A DNA stretch of 64,000 bases, taken from positions 70,168 to 134,167 of the forward strand of contig CAWKFB010000008.1 of the NCBI GenBank assembly GCA_963848835.1, read 5' to 3'. Under the pieces are notes generated by a model, which saw only the letters and a program-made list of their open reading frames with translations, was not told where the DNA came from and made no database searches. Below are positions 17,197 to 27,606 of this stretch, piece after piece. The stretch is from Candidatus Aminicenantes bacterium (GTDB lineage: Bacteria; Acidobacteriota; Aminicenantia; Aminicenantales; UBA4085). How positions within the stretch are numbered: position 1 is the first letter of the stretch; each line of letters starts with the position of its first letter. A program made the translations under genes and the position numbers.

Positions 17197-19404
17197 ATGA
17201 AAGCCCGCCGTTTCCGAGCCGTCGCAGTCCTGTCGATCGCGGCCTTGTCCGGATTCGTCCTCGCCGCTGCCGGGCGCCCGGGGCAGGAGGCCGTCCGGGT
17301 CCAACAGCGGCCCATCGAGCACCAGGTCGTCGTGACGCTCAAGCTCATCCAGGTCTATGTCACGGACGGCAAAGGGAATCCCGTCTCCGACCTGACCCGG
17401 GACGATTTCATCATCTACGACAACGGTGAGCGGAAGACCCTGACCGAGTTCGAGCGGCATGCCATGAACGAGCGGCGTCCCGCGCCAAAGCCGGAAGCCC
17501 AAGCCGAGAAAGCCGCGCCGCCGGCGACCGAGCAGGCCGCGGCGGCGCCGGAAAGAACCGCCCTCGCCCGCAAATTCTTCCTTTTCTTCGATTTCGCCTT
17601 CAACAACCAGCGCGGAGCGCGCAAGGCCATCGACGCCGCGGTCAAGTTCATGGAAAAGGACGTCAAGCCGGGCGACGAGATCGGACTGATCACATACTCC
17701 CTGACCCGGGGCCTGTCCGTCCACGAGTTCCTGACCACGGACCACAAAAAGGTCCGGGAGGCCCTGGGCACCATCGCCGTCAAGGACGTCGCGGGTCGGG
17801 CCGACGAGATCGAACAGGAATACTGGCGCCAGGCGGCCGAAGGCACGGGACCGGCCACCCAGCTCGGCGGCGGCCAAAATGCCCCGCCGAACGAGGCCAC
17901 TATGGACTGGCGGCGCCAGGAGGCCAAAGGCCAGGCCCAGAACTTCATCCTCAACCTGACCGAGCTGGCCAAGGCCCTCCGGTACGTCCCCGGCCAGAAG
18001 CACCTGATCTTCTTCTCGACCGGCGTCCCGAGCTCGATGATCTACGGGAACGTCATCGGGGGATACGGCACGAAAAACAAGTCGGATTTCGGCGATTTCG
18101 TCCTGCGCGAGCAGAACGAAGCGATGATGAAAGAGTTGGCCACGTCGAACTGCACATTCTTCGCTTTCGACACGCGCGAGGCGGCCAAGGTCGACTCCCT
18201 CTTCGCCATGGACGAGCAGACGTTCGGGACCGGCTACCGGGCCATGTTCACGACCGGCGGCGTGTCCCAGAACCAGAACCTCATGTTCAAGGACGAGAAC
18301 GTCACCGGCCTCTACACCCTGACCAAGCTGTCCAAGGACACGGGCGGGCAATACTACTCGAACATCAACGCCTTCGAGGACAACCTCGACCGCGTCGTCA
18401 CCTTGACCGGGACCTATTATGTCCTGGGCTATCCGATCGCCGCGGCCTGGGACGGCGAGTATCGCAAGGTCTCCGTCCGTACGACGCGGAAGGGCTGCGA
18501 CGTCAGGGCCCAGTCGGGATATTTCAACCCTCTCCCCTTCAAGGACCTCTCCGCCCTCGAAAAACAGCTCCAGATGACCGACCTGGCCCTGTCCGACAAC
18601 CCGATCTACCAGACCCCGATCGCGGCATCGATGAACGCCTTCTCCGGCCCGGACGACGACCGGACGCTCATCCTCCTGATGAAGCTCCCGCCGGAAACGC
18701 TCGACCACCTCAGCGCGGGAAAGTCGGAGATCGTCCGGTTCATCTTCGATGCGCGGGGCGACCTCGTCGACCTGCGTCGGTCGGAAGAAAGCCTCAGCCG
18801 GTTCGCCGAAAAATCCCTCTTCTACTCGACCCGGATCGCCCTCGACCCGGGCGAGTACAAATGCCGGATCGTCGTCCGGAACCTGGAAAACGGGACGGCG
18901 GCCGTAGCCACGGCGTCGGCCCTGGTCCCGGCGCTGTCGGCCCGCTCGCGGCCGCTTGCGCTCCTCCGCCCTCTACTCCTTACCGACGATACGGCCGGGG
19001 CCGCCTATCTAGAAGGCCGCTCCAAGCTGAACCGGACCGAAACGCTCATCACCCCCGAGCGGATGTCGCCGTACCCCTTCGACTACCGCAACTATGCCCC
19101 GCTCTTCGGGGCCATCCCGCGGGGCCGGAGGGCGATCGTGGCGCTGTTGCCATGCGTGGTGACGGGAGCCATCGACATGGAAGCGATCGCGCTCCGCGCG
19201 GCCTTGGTCGAAGCGTCCAGGGGGACGCGGACGAACCTCGCGATCCAGTGTCTCAACAGCGTCCCCCGGGGGGATGTCGTCTATTACCCGCTCGTCATCG
19301 GGACGGGCGATCTCGAACGGGGAACGTATCTTCTCTACTTCTTCGCCGAAGCCGCTTCCGCGGGAGCGGTCGCGCATGCATCGACGGTCTTGACGATCCG
19401 TTGA
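17197..19404 (+). CDS. VWA domain-containing secreted protein (Acidobacterial VWFA-related, TIGR03436-like)
   Basis: Signal peptide MKARRFRAVAVLSIAALSGFVLAAAG, then ..VVVTLKLIQVYVTDGKGNPVSDLTRDDFIIYDNGERKTLTEFE.., the N-terminal signature I associate with TIGR03436. A central VWA-like region follows. Confidence 0.75.
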   Translation: MKARRFRAVAVLSIAALSGFVLAAAGRPGQEAVRVQQRPIEHQVVVTLKLIQVYVTDGKGNPVSDLTRDDFIIYDNGERKTLTEFERHAMNERRPAPKPEAQAEKAAPPATEQAAAAPERTALARKFFLFFDFAFNNQRGARKAIDAAVKFMEKDVKPGDEIGLITYSLTRGLSVHEFLTTDHKKVREALGTIAVKDVAGRADEIEQEYWRQAAEGTGPATQLGGGQNAPPNEATMDWRRQEAKGQAQNFILNLTELAKALRYVPGQKHLIFFSTGVPSSMIYGNVIGGYGTKNKSDFGDFVLREQNEAMMKELATSNCTFFAFDTREAAKVDSLFAMDEQTFGTGYRAMFTTGGVSQNQNLMFKDENVTGLYTLTKLSKDTGGQYYSNINAFEDNLDRVVTLTGTYYVLGYPIAAAWDGEYRKVSVRTTRKGCDVRAQSGYFNPLPFKDLSALEKQLQMTDLALSDNPIYQTPIAASMNAFSGPDDDRTLILLMKLPPETLDHLSAGKSEIVRFIFDARGDLVDLRRSEESLSRFAEKSLFYSTRIALDPGEYKCRIVVRNLENGTAAVATASALVPALSARSRPLALLRPLLLTDDTAGAAYLEGRSKLNRTETLITPERMSPYPFDYRNYAPLFGAIPRGRRAIVALLPCVVTGAIDMEAIALRAALVEASRGTRTNLAIQCLNSVPRGDVVYYPLVIGTGDLERGTYLLYFFAEAASAGAVAHASTVLTIR

Positions 19405-19419
19405 CGGGGAGGAGCCGCC

Positions 19420-21538
19420 ATGCGAGGTCGGAGCATGAGGCTGCGTTGGACGGGGGTTGCCGGATGCGCGCTCGCGGCCATCGCCGCGGCGGCGCAGACG
19501 CAGAAGCCCATCAAGCACGAGGTGACAGTCACCCTCAAGCTCGTTCAGGTCATCGTCACGGACAAGAACGGCAACCCCGTGACCGACCTGACCAAGGACG
19601 ATTTCGTCCTGGTCGATGACGGAAAACCGGTCGTCCTGACCGAGTTCGAAGCCCACAAGCTGCCCGTGGCCGGGCCCGCCAAGGCGGACGCTGCTCCAGC
19701 GCCGGCGCCTCAGGAGAAGATCCTCCTCAACCGCAAGATCTTTTTCTTCTTCGATTTCATGAACTCGACCCCGCAAGGCGCCCTCAAGGCCGCCGAGGCC
19801 GCGCTCCATTTCGTCGACACGGGCCTCCTCCCGACCGACGAAGTCGGCGTGATCACCCTCTCCGCGCTCCGCGGCATTCAGGTCTACCAGGTCTTGTCCT
19901 CCGACCGGGCCGAAATCCATAAATCGGTCGCCTCGTTTGGCTTGGCCGGCGCGGGCGGGCGGGCCGAGGAACTCGAAGCCCAATATCAACGCCTTATCGA
20001 AGCCGGCGGGTTCGCCGACGCCCGGACCGCTTCGCCGCTGACCTACCAGGGCAGTTCGGCCGCGGCCGCCGCAGCCAACGCAGGCGGCATCGACGCCTTG
20101 ATCGCGGACGCCCGATATGCGGCTAAAATGACGATGGAACGGCTGACCCGCTTCGCCCAGGCCATGCGCTTTGTGCCTGGGCAGAAGACCCTCGTTCTCT
20201 TCTCCTCCGGGCTTCCCGCCGGCACTCTCATGCCCCAAGCGGACGCCATCGTCGAAGGTAAGGTCCGGAAATCCTTCAGCGACCCCCGGGACTCGAACGC
20301 CGACCTCCGCACCGCTTATGAAGACCTCTGTAAAGAGTTGGCCGCATCGAACGTCTCTGTCCATCCCATGAACACCGAGGAGCTGAACGCCGCGTCCGAG
20401 ATGAAAACCGGGGCGGCGACCCTGAGGTTTATGGCCGATGCCACCGGTGGACGCTACTACGGCAATATTTTCAACTATAAGGAGAGCGTCGCCCGCTTCC
20501 AGACCTTGACCGCGGCTTACTACGTCCTCGGGTATCCGGTCCAAGATTCCTGGGACGGCAAATATCATAAGATCAAAGTGACGGTGCGGCGGCCGGGATG
20601 CGTCGTTCGGACCCAGGAGGGTTACTACGCCTCCAAGATGTTCGGCGACTACGACCGCCTCGAAAAAAGGATGCATCTCGTCGACTTGGCCCTGTCCGAG
20701 AATCCGATGTCCCAGCGGCCCATCCGGTTCGAAATGGCTGTCCTGCCCGGCTCGGATAAGAACGGAGCCGGTCTTGTCCTTGTCGCCCGAGTCCCTCGTC
20801 CGAGAGCTCAGGGAGAAAGGCGCCCGGAGGATCGAGGCCGTGAGCCTCCTCTTCGACCGGGGGGATAACATCGTCGCCGAGGAACGGAGCGAGGAGGATC
20901 TGGACCGGGATCGGCGACGAATTCGCCTCCTTCGCCGCCGCGCTGCCCGCGGCGGGGGACGGACGTTTCGCTGCCGGATCGTCGTCCGGGACCTCGAAAC
21001 AGGCGCGGCGGCCGTGGCAGGAGAGACATGGACGCCGCCGGCGGCCGGGACGATGGCTTCGTCGATCACGGCCCCGCTCCTGCTCAAGCCTGACCGTGGC
21101 GCCAGCTCTTCTGAAGACGCATCCGGTCCGGACGATACCGGGGACAGGCCCGCCGCGGACGCGGTCTCCGCTCTTCTCGGATGCGACGCCCGGCAGTATG
21201 CCCCGTATTTCGGCCGGACGCTCGCGGCGGAAACCGACATTTGGGCCGTCCTTCCCTGCCTGGACGCGAGGGCGGCGCGGCCCAAGATGAGGATTCGGGC
21301 GTTGCTCAAAGACAAGCTGACCTTCGAGGACATCCCGGTGCCTCTCGAAACCCTCTCCGAATCGCCCTGCTTCGGGGGAAGCCGCGTCCTCGTCCGGCTG
21401 ACCATCCCCGCGGTCGAGACGGATGAATACACCTTGCGCGTGATTGCCGAGGACCCGGCGACGGGCGTGGCGGCCGAGATCGGCCGGGATTTCCTGATCG
21501 AGAAGAACGGAGCGGGGGCCGTAGGGGGCGGACGATGA
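19420..21538 (+). CDS. VWA domain-containing protein, paralogue of 17197..19404, frame interrupted near 20770-20795
   Basis: The N-terminus ..HEVTVTLKLVQVIVTDKNGNPVTDLTKDDFVLVDDGKPVVLTEFE parallels the upstream gene. After ..NGAGLVLV the similarity continues in the frame of ORF 20774..21538 (..PESLVRELREKGARRIEAVSLLF..FRCRIVVRDLETGAAAV, compare EYKCRIVVRNLENGTAAV). Confidence 0.7.
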
Positions 21539-22452
21539 AAACTCCGATCCTGCGGCGGCGTTCCGCTGTTTTCTCAACGATCTTGGCTTTGTTATTGTTG
21601 GGCCCTTTCCTCCCGGCGCGCGCCGAGGCTCAGACGGCCGCGGAGAAGCCCTTTGACCTCGCCGCGTTCCTCAAGACGGCGGCCCAGTATTGCGCCCGGC
21701 TCGAGAGCGTAGCCCTGCATTTCACGTGCCTCGAGGAGATCGATGAGAAGGTCGATCTGACCCGGGACATCGAAAAGCCGCTCGCGCCGACGGCCAATTG
21801 GTCGGTCGACCCGGGCGGAAGATTAGCCCCGGGGGCGACGAATCTGAGCCGGACGACCACGCGAGGGCAGATTTCGCTCGTCTACGACTATCAGTGCATC
21901 CGGGCCTTCAATGGAGCCGTGCGGGACACCCGGACGCTCATCGAGCAGAACGGGAAGAGGAAGCACATCCCCGAGGCGAAGCTGGATATGACGACCTTCG
22001 ATTTTGGAACCCCGCTTCTCGCTCCGACGGGCGTTTTCGCGGAGCGGTTCCAGAAAGACTATGATTTCGTCATCATCGGGAGGGAGAGATTGAAGCGGAT
22101 GCCGGTCGTCGTCATCGAGGCGAAGCCGAAGCCGGACGCTCCCCGGACGACGAACCTCTTCGGCAAGGCCTGGGTGGACGCGGCCACGGGCGATATCCTC
22201 AAGATCGAATGGGACGAAAGCCGGATCGGCCGCTACTGGATCTTCCAGGAGCGCGGCGAAAAATACAAGCTTAAGCCGCGGATCACGGTCACCTCGGATT
22301 TCAGCGTCGGAAAGAACGGCATCCGTTTTCCGACAAAGATGTTTATCGAGGAGGCCTATCTCAACGATCGCGGCCGCAAGTTCGTCCGCTCGGAAACGTC
22401 CGTCGCATATAAAGATTTTAAGTTCTTCACGGTCGATGTCGAGGTAAAATAG
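21535..22452 (+). CDS. Secreted hypothetical protein (paralogue pair, member 1)
   Basis: Signal peptide, then ..EKPFDLAAFLKTAAQYCARLESVALHFTCLEEIDEKVDLTRD..GKAWVDAATGDILKIEWDESRIG..RGRKFVRSETSVAYKDFKFFTVDVEVK. The start overlaps the VWA stop. Confidence 0.6.
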   Translation: MKTPILRRRSAVFSTILALLLLGPFLPARAEAQTAAEKPFDLAAFLKTAAQYCARLESVALHFTCLEEIDEKVDLTRDIEKPLAPTANWSVDPGGRLAPGATNLSRTTTRGQISLVYDYQCIRAFNGAVRDTRTLIEQNGKRKHIPEAKLDMTTFDFGTPLLAPTGVFAERFQKDYDFVIIGRERLKRMPVVVIEAKPKPDAPRTTNLFGKAWVDAATGDILKIEWDESRIGRYWIFQERGEKYKLKPRITVTSDFSVGKNGIRFPTKMFIEEAYLNDRGRKFVRSETSVAYKDFKFFTVDVEVK

Positions 22453-22459
22453 CGGCGCC

Positions 22460-23383
22460 GTGCACATCCGCCTTATCGATCCTCCACGTTTTAGCCGCCG
22501 GCTGGCGGCATTTTTGATCGCTTTGGCCGTTGCCCCTATCGCGCCCCAGCCGGCGCTTGGGCAGACGAAGGCCGCCGGGGAAAAGCCCTTCGATCTCGCC
22601 GCCTTCCTCGAAGCGGAGGCCGCTTATTGCCGCCGGCTGGAGAGCGCGGCCCTCGACTTCACCTGCAGGGAGACGATCGAGGAAAAGGTCGACCTGACGC
22701 GGGACGTCGAGAATCCTCCCGCCGCGGCCCCCGATTGGTCGAAACCCCCGGGCAGCCGGCTCGCCCCGGGAGCGACGATCCTGAGCCGCTCGACCGCGCG
22801 GTCCCGCCGCTCCCTCGTCCATCATTTCCAGTTCATCCGGAACCTCAAGGGCTCGATCCGCCAGACCCGCACCCTTCTCGCCGAGGACGGCCGGAGCCCG
22901 AGCGCGCCCGTCGCGAAGATCGAGGCGGCCAACCTCGATTACGGGAGGGCCCTCCTCGCGCCGGCCTCCCTCTTCGCCGAGCGGTTCCGGGGGGATTTCG
23001 ATTATGCCGTCACCGGACGGACGAAAGTCGGGGGAAAGCCGGCCGTTATCGTCGAGGCCAAGCCGAGGCCGGAAGCCCTGGTCGCGCAAAACGTCTCCGG
23101 CAAGGCGTGGATCGAGCCCGAAACGGGCTTGATCTTGAAGATCGAATGGGACGAAAGCCGCGTCGGCCGGCAGGGGGTTTTCGGCAAGCGCGGTGAGAAG
23201 TACAAAATGAGCCCCCGGATCGTGGTCACGGCGGAGTTCGGAGTCGAAAAGAACGGACTCCGCTTTCCGACGCGGCTCGTCCTCGAGGAAGCCTATATCA
23301 ATGAGCGCGGCCGGAAGTTCGTCCGTTCCGAGACGACCGTGGAATATGCCGACTTCAATTTTTTCTCGGTCGAAATAAAATAA
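22460..23383 (+). CDS. Secreted hypothetical protein (paralogue pair, member 2)
   Basis: GTG start. Collinear with 21535..22452: EKPFDLAAFLEAEAAYCRRLESAALDFTCRETIEEKVDLTRD..GKAWIEPETGLILKIEWDESRVG..RGRKFVRSETTVEYADFNFFSVEIK. Confidence 0.6.
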   Translation: MHIRLIDPPRFSRRLAAFLIALAVAPIAPQPALGQTKAAGEKPFDLAAFLEAEAAYCRRLESAALDFTCRETIEEKVDLTRDVENPPAAAPDWSKPPGSRLAPGATILSRSTARSRRSLVHHFQFIRNLKGSIRQTRTLLAEDGRSPSAPVAKIEAANLDYGRALLAPASLFAERFRGDFDYAVTGRTKVGGKPAVIVEAKPRPEALVAQNVSGKAWIEPETGLILKIEWDESRVGRQGVFGKRGEKYKMSPRIVVTAEFGVEKNGLRFPTRLVLEEAYINERGRKFVRSETTVEYADFNFFSVEIK

Positions 23384-23395
23384 GGCACTTCGGGT

Positions 23396-23452
23396 TTTCC
23401 CCTCTTTGAAAAAGAGCTCTGTTGCCTTTTCCAAAGGGGGACAACATCTCGA
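23396..23452 (+). repeat. Family C repeat, short copy (C2)
   Basis: cccctctttgaaaaagag..ccttttccaaagggggacaacatctc shares both hairpin cores with 58686-58792 and 48834-48917. Confidence 0.7.
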
Positions 23453-23539
23453 TTTTTTTTCTCTTGAATAGAGTCTTTCATCGGGGAAGACTCATATGAA
23501 TAGTCTGAGAAATCAGATATTGACAATCACACTATTATA

Positions 23540-23797
23540 GTGCACACTTTATTCGTGATTAATTATAAGGCAGAAAAATTGAAAAACATCACTTTGAGCG
23601 CCGACGAGGATCTCATCCGCAAAGTCCGGGAGAAAGCCCGCCGCGAGCACACCACGCTGAACGCGAATTTCCGGCGCTGGATGCGCCAATATCTCAACAA
23701 GAGCTCCAAGACGACCGACTTCCAAGCCTTCATGTCCTCGATGGATTACGTCCATCCGGGGCGGCGCTTCTCCCGGGAAGAGATGAATGAGCGCTAA
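23540..23797 (+). CDS. Type II antitoxin partner of the PIN toxin (VapB-like)
   Basis: ..LKNITLSADEDLIRKVREKARREHTTLNANFRRWMRQYL.. Overlaps the PIN gene by 11 nt. The start is uncertain: GTG 23540, GTG 23555 or TTG 23579. Confidence 0.6.
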   Translation: MHTLFVINYKAEKLKNITLSADEDLIRKVREKARREHTTLNANFRRWMRQYLNKSSKTTDFQAFMSSMDYVHPGRRFSREEMNER

Positions 23798-24209
23798 AGC
23801 GTTCCTGGACACCAATATCTTCGTCTATTCCTTCGACCGGACCGATCCCCGTAAACGGGAAACCGCCAGGCATCTCGTCTCGGACGCCCTGGAGAACGGC
23901 TCCGGCATCATCAGCTCCCAGGTCGTTCAGGAATTCCTGAACGTGGCGACGCGCAAGTTCGTCATCCCCTTGTCCCTTGCGGACGCCCAGCGCTACCTGA
24001 GCGTCGTGCTCGAGCCGCTCTGCGAAATCTATACGAGTCCGGAGCTTTATCATCAAGCCCTCGAAATCGCCGACGCCTGGCGGCTCTCGTTTTACGATTC
24101 CCTGATCGTCGCGGCGGCCCTTCGATCCGACTGCGAGATCCTCTATTCGGAGGACCTGCAGGCCGGGCTCAAGATCCGGGGCTTGACCGTCCGGAATCCC
24201 TTCATTTGA
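23787..24209 (+). CDS. vapC: PIN-domain ribonuclease toxin VapC
   Basis: MSAKAFLDTNIFVYSFD..SSQVVQEFLNV..FYDSLIVAAAL..ILYSEDLQ shows the PIN acidic residues in their typical spacing. Confidence 0.85.
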   Translation: MSAKAFLDTNIFVYSFDRTDPRKRETARHLVSDALENGSGIISSQVVQEFLNVATRKFVIPLSLADAQRYLSVVLEPLCEIYTSPELYHQALEIADAWRLSFYDSLIVAAALRSDCEILYSEDLQAGLKIRGLTVRNPFI

Positions 24210-24287
24210 CTTTTCGGGGCCGCCCTCATTAAATAGGGGTTCTTGAACATCCCATCCGGACGCATCTTCGGTCCTCAAGGAGCTCCC

Positions 24288-27200
24288 ATGAAAACTCTGT
24301 CGGAGAAGTCCCTGTACGCCCGCCGCCGGATCCTCATCTTGGCCATGGTCCTTGGCTTGGCCCTAGCCCCGGCCTTCGCCGGTCCGCAAACCGCTGCTCC
24401 GGCCCCCGCAAAGAAGGCCATGACCGTCGACGATTACGCCAAGTGGAAGACGATCAGCGGCCAGGCGATCTCGGCCGACGGAAAATGGGTCGTCTACGTC
24501 CTCGAGCTCACCAACGTCGTTGCGGCCGAAACGAAGCCGGTTCTGCACTTGCTGAACCTCGAGACGAACGCCGAAGTCACGGTGAACGACGCGTCCGCGC
24601 CCGTATTCTCGCCCGACTCCAAGTGGATCGCCTATCAGGTGGACCCGGGCGCCGCCCAGCGGGCGCGGCAAGGCCGCGGCGGCTCGGGATCTTCTTCGAG
24701 CTCGACGTCTTCGACATCGGCTCCCGCCGCTCCGCCTTCGACTGGCCAAGTCGGGGCTCCCCCCGCCGGCCAGACCGGGCCGGCAGGCCAACGCGGAGGA
24801 GGGGCCGCGCCGATCCCGCCGCGGCGGGTCGACCTACGGAACCTCGAGACGGGAGCCGTCCGCTCCTGGGAGAATATCGGGATGATCACCTTCTCGCCGA
24901 CGTCGACCCACCTCGTCCTCCGGCGGCGCGGCGGGGAAGCTCCGGCAGCGGGCGGGCAGAGGGGAGGCGGGATGCCGCCTCAGGTGGCTCCCGCAACAGG
25001 CGCCGCGACGGCACCGGCCGCCTCGCGCGGCCAGGATGCCGTCCTGCTCGACTTGAAAACGGGACGCTTCCAACTCCTCGGCAGCGTCGCCGACTTCGCC
25101 TTCAACCGGACGGGCGAGCTCCTGGCCTTCACCGTGGACGCGGACGTCAAGGACGGGAACGGCCTCTTCGTTTTTGACGCCCGCAGCGGCCGCGTCACGG
25201 CGCTCGACAACGACGCCAAGGTCTACAACCGGCTCGTTTGGAACGACGACGGCACGTCTCTCGCCGTCCTCAAGGGGCTCGAGGTCGAGAAGATGCGGGA
25301 GAGGGACAATGTCATCGTCGCATTTTCCGACGTCCCGGCGGCCTTGAAGGACGGGGCGGCCCCGGCGGTTCCGGCCGTCTTCGAGCCGGCCAAAGCCGAA
25401 GGCTTTCCCAAGGGCTGGATCGCGAGCGACCGGGCCGCCCTCGCCTGGAGCGACGACGGAAAGCGAATCTTCTTCGGGATGAAGGAGCAGGTCCCGACGC
25501 CCGAGACGACCCGCAAATCGACCGACGAAGCCGCCAACGTGGACGTTTGGAACACGGAGGACGACCGGGTCCAATCTCTCCAGATGAACAGGGCCGATCA
25601 GGACCGCAATTTCACCTTCCGCGAAGCCTTCGACGTCGCGGCGAAAAAGTTCGTCAAGCTCGCCGACGAGACGATGCGCGACCTCGATGTCTCGGAGGAC
25701 GGCCGATGGGCCGTCGGCCTCGATCAGCGCGCCTACCTCCGCAACGAAAAGCTCCAGCCGTCCGGGGACTATTACCGGGTGGACACGGCGACGGGGCAGA
25801 GGACGCTGATCGCCAAGGGCCAGCTGACCGGCCGCGGGCATGTCATCGGCATCCATCCCCAGGGGACCCACTTCCTCTATTGGAAGAACGGGGCGATCGT
25901 CGCCTACGACCTGGCCGCCGGGACGGCCAAAGCCCTCGGCGCCGGCAAGGTGAACTTCACCGATATGGAAGACGACCACCCCGGCATCAAGCCTTTCTAC
26001 GGCGTCGCCGGCTATTCGAACGACGGCAAAGGTTTAATCGCGAATCACCGCTACGATCTATGGCTCGTCCCGATCGACGGCTCTGCTCCGAAGAACCTCA
26101 CGGGGGGCGCCGGGGCGAAGAACGAGGTCCGTTTCCGCCTCCTCCGCGTCGAACCGCCGGACCCAACCCTCCCCCGCTCGGCGAGGGCCCGGTCCGTATT
26201 CGATCTCACCAAGCCTCAGACCCTGTCCGCCTACGGGGAATGGACTAAGAAGTCGGGCTATTATGAGCTGGCCAACGGGCAGCTGAAGGAGCTCGTCTTC
26301 GAGGACGCCTCTTACGGCAATCCGGTCCGGGCGATGAAAGCGGACAAATATCTCTTCACCCGGCAGACGTTCATCGAATACCCGGACCTGCGCGTCAGCG
26401 GGCCGGGGTTCAAGGATTCGAAGAAGATCTCGGACGCCAACCCGCAGCAGAGCGAGTTCCTCTGGGGGCACCGGCTCCTGTTCGATTACAAGAACAAGGA
26501 CGGCAAGCGGCTCCAGGGGATCCTGGCCATCCCGGACGACTACAAGGCCGGCGAGAAGCGGCCGATGATCGTCATCTTCTACGAGAAGAACTCGCAGAAC
26601 ATGCACATCTACAACGCCCCGGCCTTCCTGCCCAGCATGGGCCGGATGCCGATGCAGGCGACGAGCGACGGCTATCTGGCCATGCTCCCGGACGTCCATT
26701 TCCGGACCGGGAACTCGCACTCCGACATGCTCGAGTGCGTCGAGGCGGCGACCAAGAAGGTCATCGAGCTGGGCTACGCCGACCCGAAGAAGATCGGCGT
26801 CTCGGGTCACAGCTACAGCGGCGAGGGCGCGGCTTTCATCGGGACGATGTCCAAGATGTTCGCCGCGGTCGGAATGGGCGCCGGAGTCGTGGACCTCTAC
26901 AACGATTTCAGCATGCCCTGGGGCTGGGGCTACGGCTATCAGGGCGGGAGCGGCGACACCGCATTCAATTACTACCTCTACGACCAGGGACGCTGGGGCT
27001 TCTCGCCATGGGACAAGCCCGACAAATACCGTTTCGAATCCGCCCTGACCCACGTCCCGAACGTGACCGCGCCGTTCCTCATCATGCACGGGACGTCCGA
27101 TCCCACGGTCGGCTTCATCAACGGGATCGCCTTCTACCATGCTCTGCGTTACAACAACAAGAAAGCCGTCCTGCTCGCTTACCCCAACGAGGGGCACGGG

Positions 27201-27362
27201 TTGCGCGGGCTGGCCAACCGGAAGGACCTGACGGTCCGTTTCTTCGAGTTCTTCGACTACTTCCTCAAAGGCGCCCCGGCGCCGAAATGGTGGACCGAGG
27301 GAGTGTCTTACTTGAAAAAGGATGCGCCCGCGGCACCTGCCGCGGCCCCGGTCCAGAAATAA
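24288..27362 (+). CDS. S9 family serine peptidase (prolyl oligopeptidase/DPP-like) with N-terminal beta-propeller
   Basis: AAGGAG RBS and signal peptide. The C-terminal catalytic region has GVSGHSYSGEG, MHGTSDPTV and PNEGHGL. Two Gly/Ser/Ala/Pro-rich low-complexity inserts fall at about nt 24650-24830 and 24930-25030. Confidence 0.85.
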   Translation: MKTLSEKSLYARRRILILAMVLGLALAPAFAGPQTAAPAPAKKAMTVDDYAKWKTISGQAISADGKWVVYVLELTNVVAAETKPVLHLLNLETNAEVTVNDASAPVFSPDSKWIAYQVDPGAAQRARQGRGGSGSSSSSTSSTSAPAAPPSTGQVGAPPAGQTGPAGQRGGGAAPIPPRRVDLRNLETGAVRSWENIGMITFSPTSTHLVLRRRGGEAPAAGGQRGGGMPPQVAPATGAATAPAASRGQDAVLLDLKTGRFQLLGSVADFAFNRTGELLAFTVDADVKDGNGLFVFDARSGRVTALDNDAKVYNRLVWNDDGTSLAVLKGLEVEKMRERDNVIVAFSDVPAALKDGAAPAVPAVFEPAKAEGFPKGWIASDRAALAWSDDGKRIFFGMKEQVPTPETTRKSTDEAANVDVWNTEDDRVQSLQMNRADQDRNFTFREAFDVAAKKFVKLADETMRDLDVSEDGRWAVGLDQRAYLRNEKLQPSGDYYRVDTATGQRTLIAKGQLTGRGHVIGIHPQGTHFLYWKNGAIVAYDLAAGTAKALGAGKVNFTDMEDDHPGIKPFYGVAGYSNDGKGLIANHRYDLWLVPIDGSAPKNLTGGAGAKNEVRFRLLRVEPPDPTLPRSARARSVFDLTKPQTLSAYGEWTKKSGYYELANGQLKELVFEDASYGNPVRAMKADKYLFTRQTFIEYPDLRVSGPGFKDSKKISDANPQQSEFLWGHRLLFDYKNKDGKRLQGILAIPDDYKAGEKRPMIVIFYEKNSQNMHIYNAPAFLPSMGRMPMQATSDGYLAMLPDVHFRTGNSHSDMLECVEAATKKVIELGYADPKKIGVSGHSYSGEGAAFIGTMSKMFAAVGMGAGVVDLYNDFSMPWGWGYGYQGGSGDTAFNYYLYDQGRWGFSPWDKPDKYRFESALTHVPNVTAPFLIMHGTSDPTVGFINGIAFYHALRYNNKKAVLLAYPNEGHGLRGLANRKDLTVRFFEFFDYFLKGAPAPKWWTEGVSYLKKDAPAAPAAAPVQK

Positions 27363-27400
27363 TTTAGATTATTTAAGCTAATCCACGGCTCCCCGTTTTA

Positions 27401-27527
27401 TTTTGATTTATTTGGGCAGGGCCGCAAGTCCTGCCCAAGGGGGGTCAGCGAAGCGCCGAGGGGGCACCAGCCCCCTGGAAGCATTCCGTTCCTAATAGCT
27501 AATAAATTAGAGAACGGAATGCGCATC
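27401..27527 (+). repeat. Family B three-hairpin repeat, copy B2
   Basis: ttttgatttatttgggcagggccgcaagtcctgcccaagggg..gagggggcaccagccccctggaagcattccgttcc..ggaacggaatgcgcatc aligns with 48697-48823 and the reverse complement of 16790-16916. Confidence 0.85.
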
Positions 27528-27606
27528 GGGGGACAGTATACGTAACTCCCGAATTCCCTAAATCGCCATCTCGGACAAGCGAGGTATTTCGTGGACTGTC
27601 CCCCCG
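27527..27606 (+). repeat. Family D repeat, imperfect copy D1
   Basis: cgggggacagtatacgtaactcccgaattcc .. ggactgtcccccg is related to the perfect palindrome at 35395-35481. Confidence 0.6.

Noticed and set aside
23520-23545. TTGACA at 23520-23525 as the -35 box of a vapBC promoter.
   Set aside because: No acceptable -10 hexamer lies at 16-19 nt spacing. The nearby TATTAT and TATAGT are only 7-10 nt away.
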